The notes under the pieces are model-generated. The model saw only the letters and a program-made list of their open reading frames with translations, was not told where the DNA came from and did no database searches. The position numbers and the translations under genes were made by a program. A stretch of DNA of 64,000 bases from Fistulifera solaris (Eukaryota). Below are positions 10,195-21,645 of this stretch, piece after piece (the first letter of the stretch is position 1; each line of letters opens with the position of its first letter). The DNA lies in assembly GCA_030295235.1 (NCBI GenBank), contig AP026136.1, forward strand, positions 806,001 through 870,000, written 5' to 3'.

Positions 10195-12847
10195 ATGCCG
10201 GGACACCATCACCGCGCGGGCGGTTTGCGTCAAAGCAACAAAAAGAACAAACGTAACAAATCCTCCAAACGGAGCGTCGCTCGTGCGGCCGGAGGAAAAG
10301 TCATGGGTAGGACGAGTGCCTTGCATGGCATTGCGCAACAAAGCAAAGCCGATCGTCGCAATCATCTACAACAACGACGGGATGCCAAACGTACCGAGCT
10401 TTTGCGCAAACGTCGGGGAATCGATGGTCAACCGGCTCCTCCCCGTGTCGTCGGTATTATTGCCTTGGGAAAAGAACCATCGGTGATTGAAGAACGAGTG
10501 CGCGATGTTTTGATTAAAGATGCGGACAAGATTGTTCGACCGCATGATGCGGAACAAGCCACTGTGTCGTGTCGCTACGAAGTGCACAAGAAACAAGGAA
10601 ATTTGACGGTTCTGACGTGTGGAACGGCGTTTGCACATTACGGCAAGGTGATAACGCTGCCGTCTTAGCTGCTCTAGACTTGGCGCGAGTTTGTGATTTG
10701 ATTGTTTTCGTTTTGGATGGGAATGCTACGAAGCTGGAGACTGACATTTCGGAGATTCATATTGGAAATAGTCACATGGATTCTTCTTCCCAAAAGGGAT
10801 CGTCTGTCTCGGCAAACGAATGGGATCATTTAATTAGCGAACGTGGTGACCGCATTTTGACATCACTAAAAGCTCAGGGACTTCCATCGCTACTCACTTT
10901 GTTACTCAACACGGATTTCGCCTTGGACGATGCTATGACAATGCAAAGCACAAAAAGTCTACGCAGATCCAAAGTAAAACGAAATCTCGATCTCAAAGAT
11001 ATGCCAGTCGCTTTGCAACGACCGAATTTGGAACCGGAAATGACAAAGTTATTGAGATTGACTTGGACCAAAAGAGTGATGACGAAATGATGGACGAAGA
11101 TGTCGATACGTTTTCTGTGACGGATAAACTGAAAACGCAGTCCATTGCTAACTTTATTCGCGCGGTGTGCTCCATGTCCGCATCACCGTCCAAGTGGGTC
11201 GAAGCATCTCCACGGCCCTATGTACTCTCAGATTCTTACAGATACGACCATGCCACCAAGGAGCTCCACCTGACCGGATTCGTTCGCGGACCGGTTCCAT
11301 TGAATGTGAATGCCTTGTTCCACATTCCTGGAGTCGGAACACATTTGTGCAAATGTATAAAAGAAAATGCGGCGCCGTTGTCGCGAAGGAAAGAGACGAG
11401 CAAACCCACCATAGAGTCTGATCCAGATCAACAGGAAAGTTTGGATATGTTTGCTTCTCCCGACGCTTTGGAAGGTGAACAGAATCTTATTGGTTTCGAT
11501 GAGGAGGAAGAAGAAGACATGGAAAATGAGGCTGATGGTGATAGATTTGCTCGACCTGCTGGTTGGTCGGATTATCAATCTGCTTGGTTAGACGCCGTAG
11601 ACGAAGACGCTGTAAGTGAGCATGAAGATAATGGCGAGCTAGCGGACGAGTTAAATGCCAAGTTTCACGAATCATCGAAGCAAGCGGACATGGATTTAGA
11701 AGATTCAAATATTATTTCACCGGAAGAACGTCACATGCTGCACGAACAGCGTAGAAAGGAAAACACGGAGCACCAGGAATTCCCGGATGAGGTTCAAGTT
11801 GACGAAAATGTGAACGCCAGAGACCGCTTTGCCAGATACCGATCCTTGAAAAGTTTCCGCAAATCACCTTGGGATCCGAAGGAGAATCTTCCCGATGATT
11901 ACGCTTCAATTTTTCACATATCAAACTTCAAAACAACGCAGCGCTCAGTGATGAACTATATGAAAGACGTTGCCAAAGAAGCCGATTTTACTGAATCTAA
12001 ATTTTGGGGATCTTCTTTAAAAGACTCACAAATGGCCGACGATGAAAGCGAAGACGATGATCTTCTGCAAGGCCATGTACCGAGCGGTGCTTACATTACT
12101 TTGACCATGGACAATGTCGAGCCAGACGCTTTTGAGAACGTTTCCTCGGGATCACTATTAGTAGCAGTAGGACTTTTGGAACACGAAAATAAGGTTTCAG
12201 TATTGCACATGGGACTTACGAAGAATGCCGAAGTTGAGGGCCCAGAAAATCTCCCAATAAAGAGCAAAGATACTCTCATTTTTCGTTGTGGTTGGAGGAC
12301 TTGGAAAGCCAGGCCAGTTTTTAGTCAGCACAACTTGAATTGTGACAAGCACAAGTTTGAGCGCTATGCTCCTCCGGCCGGAGCTTTCTTTGCCGCCAGT
12401 GTGTTCGGCCCTGTTACCTATTCACCTTGTCCTGTGCTAGTTTTTCGCAAAGACAACTATGACGAGGTGTCTCCGGATTCTGCCGGACAACGACTCGTCG
12501 CCTCAGGAAGTGTGATCGGCGCAGATGCCGAACGCATTGTTGTAAAAAGAGTCATTTTGACTGGTTACCCCGTGAGGGTCCACAAGCGCTTCGCTACCGT
12601 AAAGTACATGTTCTACAACCCAGAAGACGTGAAGTGGTTCAAACCGGCCTCGTTGTACACCAAACATGGTCTTCAGGGAAATATTTTAGAAAGCGTTGGT
12701 GACCACGGGACAATGAAATGCTTATTCAATGCGCCCATTAAGCAGCACGACACCGTGTGCTTGCCTCTCTTTAAAAGAGTGTTCCCGAAGTTTGCGGAGT
12801 GCGACGCTGCAAGGAATCAAGGAGCACCCGTGCTTAAGATTTGGTAA
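10195..12847 (+). CDS. TSR1: Pre-rRNA-processing protein TSR1 (two frameshifts, near 10642 and 10995)
   Basis: HHHRAGGLRQSNKKNK; FPDEVQVD...ARDRFARYRSLKSFRKSPWDPKENLP; LLEHENKVSVLH; VKRVILTGYP; YMFYNPEDVKWFKP; HGTMKCLF...HDTVCLPLFKRVFPK. Confidence 0.95.
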
Positions 12848-12901
12848 TTCTAAAGCAACGGTCAAATAGATGCATTAACTTAAGTTTGCAGAAGTTATTA
12901 T

Positions 12902-14280
12902 TTATTCCTCATTCCCAACCTTTGTATCAAAATTATTGAAAAATTCTTCCACCATGTTCTCGTCGGAAACAATCAAAGGGTAGCCAGCCGAGAGACGGCC
13001 AGCTTCAGAGATGTCGCAAAATACTCTTTCTCTGTTTTCGAGGCAGTCTCGAAAATCCATGAATTTTCCAGAGTGTTAACCTGGACACATCTCTCTCGTT
13101 TTGCGAATGGAAACAAATTGCGATCGATGAATGTCACATCCAGGATCCGTTTGATATCTAAAAGATTGATCGATTCCAGCATGTCGTTGTGCTGTACAGA
13201 ACTCCAACTCGTTCGTTGGCGCTTCTTACACCAAACAAGTCGGGGAGCAAGCATGTCACTGTGAAGAAATTGACCCCGCTCGATCCATAACGACACAGCT
13301 CGAGATTCCCTTTTGTCGATTCATGAAGAACAAAGTTATGTCTTGCGTTTAGAAAGGTTTGAACGACCCATCTAGCATTATGAACTGTTCTTTCACACAT
13401 TTCAGGTATTGCATGAACCTGAATGGCTTTTAAGGTGCTTACAGTTGTTCTATTTTTGGCGAAATCTTCGGGGTCACTATCATACTCTTCCATATCACGT
13501 CTATAGCGCACGACCGCTGGTGACTGCCGGGTGTTGCTTTCATTCAAAATGTGGTCGCAATCCAAAGAAGCCAGCCAGCCATTTTGCTTGCTTGGTGTAT
13601 TTGTTATAGTAAAGTTGCCACTTTGAACAGCGGAAAAGGAACGTGTTCTTTTGAAGGAGATCCCTTCCTTCCCTTCCGATTCTTCGAAAGGATGGAGTTC
13701 GTGTCGCAATGATTCTAGCCTTTCATTTCGAGCCGAAACGTTCAAGTTTCTATGACGAATTGTTGACTGGTATTGATTTTGTTTTGTCATGTTTGGTGGG
13801 GAGTCATTGCAACCCGGTTTGTCTTTTTGTGTGAGAGGCAAATTCAAACACTTGCCAAGCACCACACAACGCATCGAGGTTCACAGTCAAGCCCCATAAG
13901 GAGGTTATGTGATTATCATGCAAAGCAGTTAATTGACACTCATTCGAACTATCCTTCTCTTCCACATTCGAGTCTATGGAAACACCACAAAAAGACAGTC
14001 GTTGTGACAGATTTCCAAACGGACTTTCTGGATCGAGGTCCGCTTTTGTGGGAGACAGGTCGTCGTCCGGCAGAGCATTCTCATTGAGATATACTAGATA
14101 ATCATTGTTGGACGCAGGACTGTGCCAGGTCACTTCCGCCTCATCGTCACCCATAAATATGGTGGTGGTGGAGATGGGTGACACTTCATGAGAGACTTTC
14201 GATTGTCGACTGTTTTTGCCGAGGACAGGAGTAGAAGCATTGCCACGCGATGACGGTGAGCGCCGTCTACTCAATCTCAT
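12902..14280 (-). CDS. Hypothetical diatom-type protein with a C-terminal PH-like region (frameshifts near 13826, 13305, 12975, 12950)
   Basis: Three overlapping minus-strand ORFs join at short runs. YDSDPE motif. The C-terminal VSLWIERG...PRLVW...SINLLDIKRI...FPFAK...WIFETAS...FATSLKLAVSRLA has a PH-like pattern. Confidence 0.55.
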
Positions 14281-14762
14281 CTCGATAAGGAAATACTACA
14301 GAGGTTCTTTGTCATCAAACTGAAGTAGGAGTAAATTTTCATCATGAACGTCTCCCATTTTCTTTGTGAAGCGGATGATGTCAAAAGAAAACCGAACGCA
14401 CCTCTGAACCCTGAAATGGCTGTTTCAAGTTTCAAATTTGGTCATTAAACTTATACAGCATGAATATTGAATATAAACACAAGACTACTTACCGTCAAGT
14501 AGTAAAACTGGAGCTATCAAAAAATGTACTTTAGGGATCGTTCCTGTGTGACCTTTTGAAATCAGTATATAATAGAGAGTAGGTATCGATGTTTTCACGT
14601 TTTAGGTAATTAAGCGGGGCTCGATATGAATCAATCACGATGCCACCAGAATTCTCTTTTCTTCTTCGACACAAACGCACGGCCAAAAATTGGAAGGAAC
14701 TGGCTACTACAACACTACAACAACATCATACCTTTCCACAAGTTTCTAATTGCGAGCCGAAC

Positions 14763-16023
14763 ATGAAGAAGAATTTTATCGAGAAACTAGTACAGAATCG
14801 ATTTCAATCCAAGGCAAAAATTCGTCGTATCTTAGACGAGGCGAAATCGTCTAGCGCTCAGAAACCACTGCCTCGCTATATTACAGGCACTCGCAATGGA
14901 GTATTTTATCGCATCAAAGTTCCTCCCCCGAAAAGTATCTTGCCCGATATTCCCAAGCTTCCATCTTCTCGGCCGGCTCCCAAGAGTTTCAAGCAAGTGA
15001 AAGCTGAACCCGAGGCGAAAAACGAGCATGTGAGCGATGTCATCGCCCAATTGACTTTATGGCTGAAAAAGAATTGGTCCGTTTTACTCTTCAATTGTGG
15101 CTCCGTCTGCACTCTGATAGGTTACACACGGTCCGATGTCTTGGAGCTTCGAATGTTCGCAATTGCTGGCACTTTGAGTGGTCTCATTTACAGTATTGTG
15201 GAAATTCGGAAATTTCCCCCCATGCTATGGGGCTGCTTGTTTGCTGGAATCAACGGATACAAAATCTTTGAAATTTTGCGAGAACGCAATGCAAGCGTGC
15301 ATCTTTCGGCGAGCCAGGAAGAAGTCTATGTCAAACACTTTCTTCCGCATGGTGTTACTCCCAAACAATTTGAAGCAATCGACCAGGCTGCAACGACAAT
15401 GAAATTCAAAGAAGGAGAAATAATCGTCAAACAAGGCGAAAAACATCGCTATGTTTACTTGGTTGTAACAGGAAGTACAAAAGCTAGTGCATTGGGTCGG
15501 TATATGACAGCCGCGTCGGTGAAACCGGAGCATCATGAAAAGGAGGGTGGAGCAAGTGGGGCATGGATCGGTGAAATGGCAATGCTAGAGTTTTTGTGGA
15601 GGAAACAAGGAGGCGGAAAGGACGAGGATTCTGCGGAACAAACCGAACAGCTTGATGCAGACGATAAGGATAGAAGGCTGCCGAAGCCTGCTCCACTGAA
15701 ATCGGATCGCAATATGTTCACCATCATTGCAAAAGAGGACTGTACTCTTCTCCGATGGACTTTTTGACGAAATGGAACATCTGATGGAGCGCTCAACCGA
15801 TATGAGATCCGCCTTGACAAGGGCGATGGCATCTGCCATTGTCGGCAAAGTAATAAACTTTACGGTTAGCCGTTCGCGGCGACATCCCTGGTCGGCATGG
15901 TTGGGCGACTGGAACAATACTGATGGAGCTAGAGTGTTTGTTGACGAGTCGGATTCATCGGCTGACGAGGATACATCCCCAACAGAACAATTGCCATCTC
16001 CCGTTATTAAGAAATTCGCTTGA
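14763..16023 (+). CDS. Popeye-domain-like membrane protein with a cyclic-nucleotide-binding fold (extra T in run 15761-15765)
   Basis: Three TM helices with DVLELR and W..LF..IN, then EEVYVKHFLPHGVTPKQF, GEIIVKQG, WIGEM and TIIAKEDCTLLRW. The reading frame continues as FDEMEHLM after the indel. Upstream ATG at 14640 is also possible. Confidence 0.75.
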
Positions 16024-16066
16024 TCTACTGTTTAAAATTTCTTTTCTATCTCTTACAAATGTACAA

Positions 16067-17977
16067 TTAATTTCTTTGACAACACTCACATGCCACCCCG
16101 ACATCAAAATCAGCCCATTTTCCTTCACGTTGAGTTCGAAGCGTTTCACGTAAATCTACAATCTCTTTGGAGCAGCACTTGGTTCCCTTGAGTTCCAGGC
16201 ATTTGATAAGACCAACCAGCGCCCATGGATTTTTCGGATGTAGCTTTAAATCATCACGAAATACACGTTCGGACTCGTCGATATGACCTTGCTCTAAAAG
16301 CAACCCGCCAAGGGCATGGCGTATCGGCTGCATCTTGCCCCATGGTTCGTCGTAGTTCAACTTATCTTGCATGTCCACTGCTCTCCGCAATTGGTTGAAC
16401 GCGATTTCGTAATGCCCTTCTCGGTAGGCTATTTCGCCGCGCAACATGACGGAATCCACAGCCAAAAGGTCTTTGACTGTATTGTTGTGAAGAATACGGA
16501 ACTCAGCGTCGGGGTCCTTACGGAGTTCGTCAAAGTGCTCTGCCTCGGTTTTCGCCTCCTCCACGGAACCCAAAGCAGCCAAAGCAAGACCGCGTGCAAA
16601 GCGAATAGAGGCTGCCCGAAAGAGCATCAGTCGCGGATCTTTCGGCAGTTCTACCTCGAGCAGTTCTCTCCAACGACCAAATCGAATCATGACATGAATT
16701 TCCAGAGCAGAATACGTCTCCAGGTAGGACGTAAGATATGGAAATTCCCCGAACATCTCTTCATTAACCAATATATTCAATTCTTTCGCCACCTCCATGC
16801 CTTTCCCCTCCATTCCTCCAAGAATAGCTCCATAGACGGCCATGTGATAATCATGAACGACATATCCAAAATAGAAACTCTCCTTCCCCGCAGTGGAAGG
16901 ACTGATTTTCATAGCAAACTGGTCGGCCTGGATTGCGAGACAATTGTATTCTACACAGGACTCATAGTCTCCCACCAAGACATCAATGTGTGTTGGCATA
17001 TGTATCAGGTGCCCAGCGTGGGGGAAATCCGCTCGCAAATGACTACAAGCTTCCAAAGCTAAAGCAGGATGGGCCGACATCTCCGACAGATGAACATACA
17101 TATGACACAAGCCAGCGTGCTGTGGGTGAATTTTTAGAGCCCGTTCTAGTACGGCACGGACTTCCACAGTATCTGGACTGTAGGGCTTGCCTGATGGAAA
17201 TTCATATAGGTTCCACGCATTCAGCACCATCAAAGATTCCGCAAGACAATATGCTATTTCAGGGTCCTCCGGATACTTCTCGTACACTTTTCTCATTGCA
17301 TTTGCATAGGGTCGTCCTACGATGTCTTCACTCAGACCAGAGTCAACACCCGGAACACACGTTAGTACCCGAATGGCTGTCAATAGTTGCGCTTCGGCAT
17401 CCGATACCAATGTTGGTCGCTCATCATCGTCATCGCGCTTACTCTTTTCTTCTTCCTTACTTGTTGTCCCTGTTTTCTTTCCCTTTTTTCCTTTACCTTT
17501 CTTTCCACCTCCGGTACTTTTCCCACGATGTAACTTTCTTAATTCTTCAATCTTTTCCACCGCTAACCTACTGTGGCGATCCGCAACTTGTTGACTCGGA
17601 AACATGCACAACAAATCATGCTGAGTGATGTCTTCCAAATGATTTGTTGACTCGTAATAGGCTTCGCCTTTAAAATTATAATTCGGAGAGTGACACAGGG
17701 CGATAAAGCCATGCGCCAAAACACAGTAGGGACTCAAAGCCAAACAGGACAGGAACGCTTTTGATGCCATCTCGTGTTGATAACTCAACATTAATCTCAA
17801 TCCCAAATCAAAGTATGCCCGCGCTTCCGCATTATGATCGAGATTGGAAACATTCCGTCGCTGATACGTTCCTAAATTGAACGCCTCTCGCGCCTCTTGC
17901 CGAATGGTTGAGAGTATGTTGTCTCCTTCCAGTTGCTGATGTTGCGACGGTTCTACGCCCTGCTTGATGGTCATCAT
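16067..17977 (-). CDS. TPR-solenoid protein with His-cluster motifs (uncharacterised family, recalled from bacteria and fungi)
   Basis: EARAYFDLGLRLMLSYQHE, HAGLCHMYVHLSE, HAGHLIHMPTHID, LNYDEPWGKMQPIRHALGGLLLEQG, HPKNPWALVGL, C-terminal CECC. Confidence 0.75.
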   Translation of the reverse strand: MMTIKQGVEPSQHQQLEGDNILSTIRQEAREAFNLGTYQRRNVSNLDHNAEARAYFDLGLRLMLSYQHEMASKAFLSCLALSPYCVLAHGFIALCHSPNYNFKGEAYYESTNHLEDITQHDLLCMFPSQQVADRHSRLAVEKIEELRKLHRGKSTGGGKKGKGKKGKKTGTTSKEEEKSKRDDDDERPTLVSDAEAQLLTAIRVLTCVPGVDSGLSEDIVGRPYANAMRKVYEKYPEDPEIAYCLAESLMVLNAWNLYEFPSGKPYSPDTVEVRAVLERALKIHPQHAGLCHMYVHLSEMSAHPALALEACSHLRADFPHAGHLIHMPTHIDVLVGDYESCVEYNCLAIQADQFAMKISPSTAGKESFYFGYVVHDYHMAVYGAILGGMEGKGMEVAKELNILVNEEMFGEFPYLTSYLETYSALEIHVMIRFGRWRELLEVELPKDPRLMLFRAASIRFARGLALAALGSVEEAKTEAEHFDELRKDPDAEFRILHNNTVKDLLAVDSVMLRGEIAYREGHYEIAFNQLRRAVDMQDKLNYDEPWGKMQPIRHALGGLLLEQGHIDESERVFRDDLKLHPKNPWALVGLIKCLELKGTKCCSKEIVDLRETLRTQREGKWADFDVGVACECCQRN

Positions 17978-18567
17978 AGATGATGAGAAAAATACCCCTA
18001 TTTTTCCCCTTGCTCCAAATATATCATTGTAGATCTTACCTGATAATGCCAAATTGGCAATTTGTGCTCCGGATTACGATGATTCGTAAATTCCGAAGAG
18101 ACTTCTTCGATCATCTTTGATTCTTTCTTGTGCTTGTGTTCAGCTGAGATGACGTACGACTGCGTTCCTGAACACGACGCTCTGATTCCTTTGAACTAAT
18201 CCTCTTTTGATGAAATCAATCTATCTATCAATCTCAATTGATGAGAAAGTGTTTCCAAAAATAGACACAAATGGTAAATCGAACGATTATTTATGCAACA
18301 AAAAAACGCCAACTCTTTTATTGCTGCGGCTGCGGCATTTTCGATGAAACGACAGATACCCGGACAGATGAGCAGACAGCAGACGACAATGAGTCCCGTG
18401 TTTTTCTGGACTGGAAAATGCGATGCGCCGCAGCACAACAACAACAAAACGCATTAAACATTATTTGCCGGCTGGGCAACAGTAAAATAGCAAGAGCCTT
18501 TCAGCATTATAATATTACTGACGACTTTTTTTCTGCGGGTTTCATAAACACGCATAAAAGGGCACAT

Positions 18568-20184
18568 ATGACAAACGAGGAGACGAGCCCCACAAAAGAG
18601 GAAGAATCATCATCTCCTCCGGCGACACTCCCCTCGAAACGGTTCAGTCCGTGGCGACAGCCGAAAGATGCACGCGATCCAGAATCCGCCGCCTCGCTCA
18701 ATTGGTCCAGCCGTCCCACGAACAATCCCACGAAATCAACCAAAGAAAAGTCTACACGCAAACTGTTTCAAGAATCCATCTTTATACAAATTCCCCTCAA
18801 TGTCACGGCCGATTTGGGTGTCGCCATCCGCAAGACCCGCGAGAAACGTATCCAGGGATTGTTGAAAAACTTTCCTCAACTGAATCAAAAAGCAACAACC
18901 GAAGATACGCCAATGGAAGATGGGGTCAAGGGGGATTTGACGCAAGACAAGAGTGAAGACGAAAGTAACAGCAAGGCGCAAAAGAACAAGAAGAAAAAGA
19001 AAAAGAGAAATCAACCGCAGCCGGGGGATTTTGGAAATATTGTGGATTATTTAGAAGCAAAGTATGTGCAAGGTGTCATGGTAGACGATTCCGGATCCGA
19101 GGACGACCATGATGAAGGTCAGGGGTCTGTCTATTCCGAGACGAGCTTTCTCGACGATACCGACCTGCAGCGAACTGTCGCCGAGCAGGTCCTAGCACAA
19201 ACGACAACGACCAAGCTAGAACTCCGTGATGACGACGAATTCTTTGTCAATGTTGGTGAGCTGGAGGTTGAAGAAACCGATCTAACCAAAGATGAATATG
19301 ATCCATTACAAGATACCAAGACGAAGTCTCCGAAACGAAAACGCAATGACACTGAGAAAGACAAGGATGACGACGCAAAGAAGAAACAGAAAGTCAAGCC
19401 TGAACTTGCGGATAAAAAAGGAAAAGCGGTGCTTTCGTCTACCAAGAGCGTCAAAGCTAGTACTTCCGAGGAGTCGCAGAAGACCGACACGGCAAAGACG
19501 GGGTCATCGAAGGATACTCAAAAGAAAAGCAAGGAGTGCAAGAAAATATACGAAAATCTGTACCAAAAACTGGTTGAAATGATCAAGAAAGCCTCGCCGC
19601 AAGAATTGCCCAAACGAAAGACCAAAGATAAGGTCTCCATCAAGTGTCCCGAAGATAAAAAGCCAGGAGACACTGTTATTTTCGCCAACCCCCATGTGCG
19701 AGGTCAGAAATTAAAAGTCAAAATTCCGGACAATTGCAAACCGGGCGGCTCGTTCAAAGTCACAGTGCCAATTCCGATAGACGAAGATGACGAAACAGAT
19801 TACAACAAGTTGAGTCGGGACTTCTACTACGTTCTCGAGCATTATTCTCGAGCGTTTGATGAGTGGTGTGAAGCCGAAGGTGATTATCGCAAAGCAATCG
19901 ACGACACCGACTTCACGGCGCACTTTGAAAAGCGAAAGAAGTTTGACAAGTTGGTGAACGAATTTCCGAAAGATTTGAAGACTCCTGTGGACAAGTCTTA
20001 CCTTCAGAAAATTTTGAGACGAGCACGACAAAGTAAAAGCAGGAAAGAGGCCGGGCACGACAAGAGCGATTTATCCGTAGCGAGTGAAAGTTTTGTGCCC
20101 ACCACGAAGGCTTTCGTGCCGGTAGCGTCTAAGAAATTCACTCAAGTCGAGTTTAATATGGACGACTTTAAGTTATCAGATTAA
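18568..20184 (+). CDS. Ubinuclein/Hpc2-like (HUN-domain) subunit of the HIRA histone chaperone complex
   Basis: IVDYLEAKY followed by YSETSFLDDTDL...FFVNVGELEV matches the HUN pattern (Y...F.DD.E...F.VN.G.LE). Lys-rich NLS-like stretches. First ATG in coding-like context is 18568. Confidence 0.65.
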   Translation: MTNEETSPTKEEESSSPPATLPSKRFSPWRQPKDARDPESAASLNWSSRPTNNPTKSTKEKSTRKLFQESIFIQIPLNVTADLGVAIRKTREKRIQGLLKNFPQLNQKATTEDTPMEDGVKGDLTQDKSEDESNSKAQKNKKKKKKRNQPQPGDFGNIVDYLEAKYVQGVMVDDSGSEDDHDEGQGSVYSETSFLDDTDLQRTVAEQVLAQTTTTKLELRDDDEFFVNVGELEVEETDLTKDEYDPLQDTKTKSPKRKRNDTEKDKDDDAKKKQKVKPELADKKGKAVLSSTKSVKASTSEESQKTDTAKTGSSKDTQKKSKECKKIYENLYQKLVEMIKKASPQELPKRKTKDKVSIKCPEDKKPGDTVIFANPHVRGQKLKVKIPDNCKPGGSFKVTVPIPIDEDDETDYNKLSRDFYYVLEHYSRAFDEWCEAEGDYRKAIDDTDFTAHFEKRKKFDKLVNEFPKDLKTPVDKSYLQKILRRARQSKSRKEAGHDKSDLSVASESFVPTTKAFVPVASKKFTQVEFNMDDFKLSD

Positions 20185-20217
20185 GAACGACTAGCGTCTA
20201 GGTTTTAACTAAGTAAA

Positions 20218-21333
20218 CTAGGACGTTATTTCTAGCGAGAATATCTGCACATTTCCACCCTCTCCGCCTGTGATCATACGAGAAATTCCTTTCGGGCACT
20301 GCTGAATACACCAAATTGGATCATCGCTCTGAAAGGAGTGAACCGGCTGATACATCTGTCCAACATCCCAAACATGGATTTTGCGGTCTGCCCCCGCCGT
20401 CGCGAAACGCTTCCCGTCGTTCAGTTCGGCGATACCCATAATCCAAGTCTGATGAGCGCCCAACACATGCTGTACAAGTGTGGGTGTTTTTCTCTGTACA
20501 TCCCAAATGGACAAGAAACCATCATCACTGCCACTGATCAACAAGCTTCCGTCGCTCGTGAACGAGATGGCTCGTACGGGCGCTTTGTGCAAGGGTAGAC
20601 GATGCTGTCCTTTGTTCATGTGCGGCTCTGGTGCTGCATTTAATATATCAATGGAACCATCTTCTCTTCCTACAGCCAAGGTAGGCACATCGACGGGCTT
20701 GGGGTTGCACGACAAGCAGAGAGCCGTTGAAGCCGTGCTGCCCTTGGATGATACAATCGTACCAGCTTTCGTCGGATCTTTTGTTGCTTTCGGCGTGATG
20801 ATGCCAGTTGCCACCAATGCAATGGTCCCGTCCAAGCAACCCACCGCCACTAACACGTCTCCAACTCCGGTCAAGCGCGGCGGCAGAATTTCCAAAACGA
20901 CCCCAGAAGCATTCTCTACAGAAAAAGTCGCAACCGGCTCCACCTGTTGTATTTCTGTAAGCCGTATTTCGTTGTCGAGATCCTCTGAAAACGTCCATAA
21001 TTGAATTTTGCCACACAATTGAAGTGACGATACTACGAGATCGCCCGCACGATCGTCATCGCCCACATAATTTCGTGCCGTGGCAACCCGACTACATCCC
21101 AGCGGTGACAGCTTTCCGAGCTGGTGTGTACAAAAAAGACGCAAAGCCGATGCATCGAGTGTCTTTTCTTCGTTCAAGGATTCGTTGACGACCCAGGATC
21201 GGACCGCGCCGTCGGCGTCGGCGCTCCACAACCTCCAACCTGTACGTTGTTTTCCTAACAGTTCCGTGGCTTTCAAGCTCCAGAGAGAGGCCGATCCCAG
21301 TTTATCCCGATGTATACAGCGATATCCGCTCAT
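20218..21333 (-). CDS. WDR61: WD40 protein WDR61/SKI8/VIP3-like
   Basis: HKAPVRAISFTSDGSLLISGSDDGFLSIWDV and HQTWIMGIA...FATAGADRKIHVWDV...VHSFQ...IWCI match the last WD blades of WDR61. Confidence 0.7.
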   Translation of the reverse strand: MSGYRCIHRDKLGSASLWSLKATELLGKQRTGWRLWSADADGAVRSWVVNESLNEEKTLDASALRLFCTHQLGKLSPLGCSRVATARNYVGDDDRAGDLVVSSLQLCGKIQLWTFSEDLDNEIRLTEIQQVEPVATFSVENASGVVLEILPPRLTGVGDVLVAVGCLDGTIALVATGIITPKATKDPTKAGTIVSSKGSTASTALCLSCNPKPVDVPTLAVGREDGSIDILNAAPEPHMNKGQHRLPLHKAPVRAISFTSDGSLLISGSDDGFLSIWDVQRKTPTLVQHVLGAHQTWIMGIAELNDGKRFATAGADRKIHVWDVGQMYQPVHSFQSDDPIWCIQQCPKGISRMITGGEGGNVQIFSLEITS

Positions 21334-21487
21334 AGTGGAAGACGACTTAGGTTACTACAAAGTATGGATCTGAATCATCAATGATAAAAGAAATCACTTC
21401 TCAGCACGATGAGCCAAATGTTATTACCGTGTATTAAGCTTTCTATTATTTTAAATCCATCAAATTGCCGGTAACCAGTACCTGGTA

Positions 21488-21535
21488 TAGACTCCAGTGT
21501 AGCATAAAAGCTCACGACTGAATGCAGTCACGAAG
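21488..21535 (+). repeat. Truncated left end of the MITE-like family
   Basis: TAGACTCCAGTGT...CACGACTG-aatg-CAGTCACGAAG, compared with TAGACCCAAAGTGT...CACGACTG-cattt-CAGTCATGAAG at 4931. Confidence 0.5.
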
Positions 21536-21645
21536 AAATAGAATGGCAATATAATCCGATTAACTTTTATTCCGTAGAAGATAACGCTTTGCTAGTAGAT
21601 TCGATGTGTCTCTACCCAATAAAAATCGTCTATCATTCAGACTCG

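Noticed and set aside
18271..18567. 5' extension of the 637-aa ORF (contains CCGCG)
   Set aside because: It reads as divergent-promoter sequence with A/C-rich UTR tracts. Coding-like composition begins at ATG 18568.
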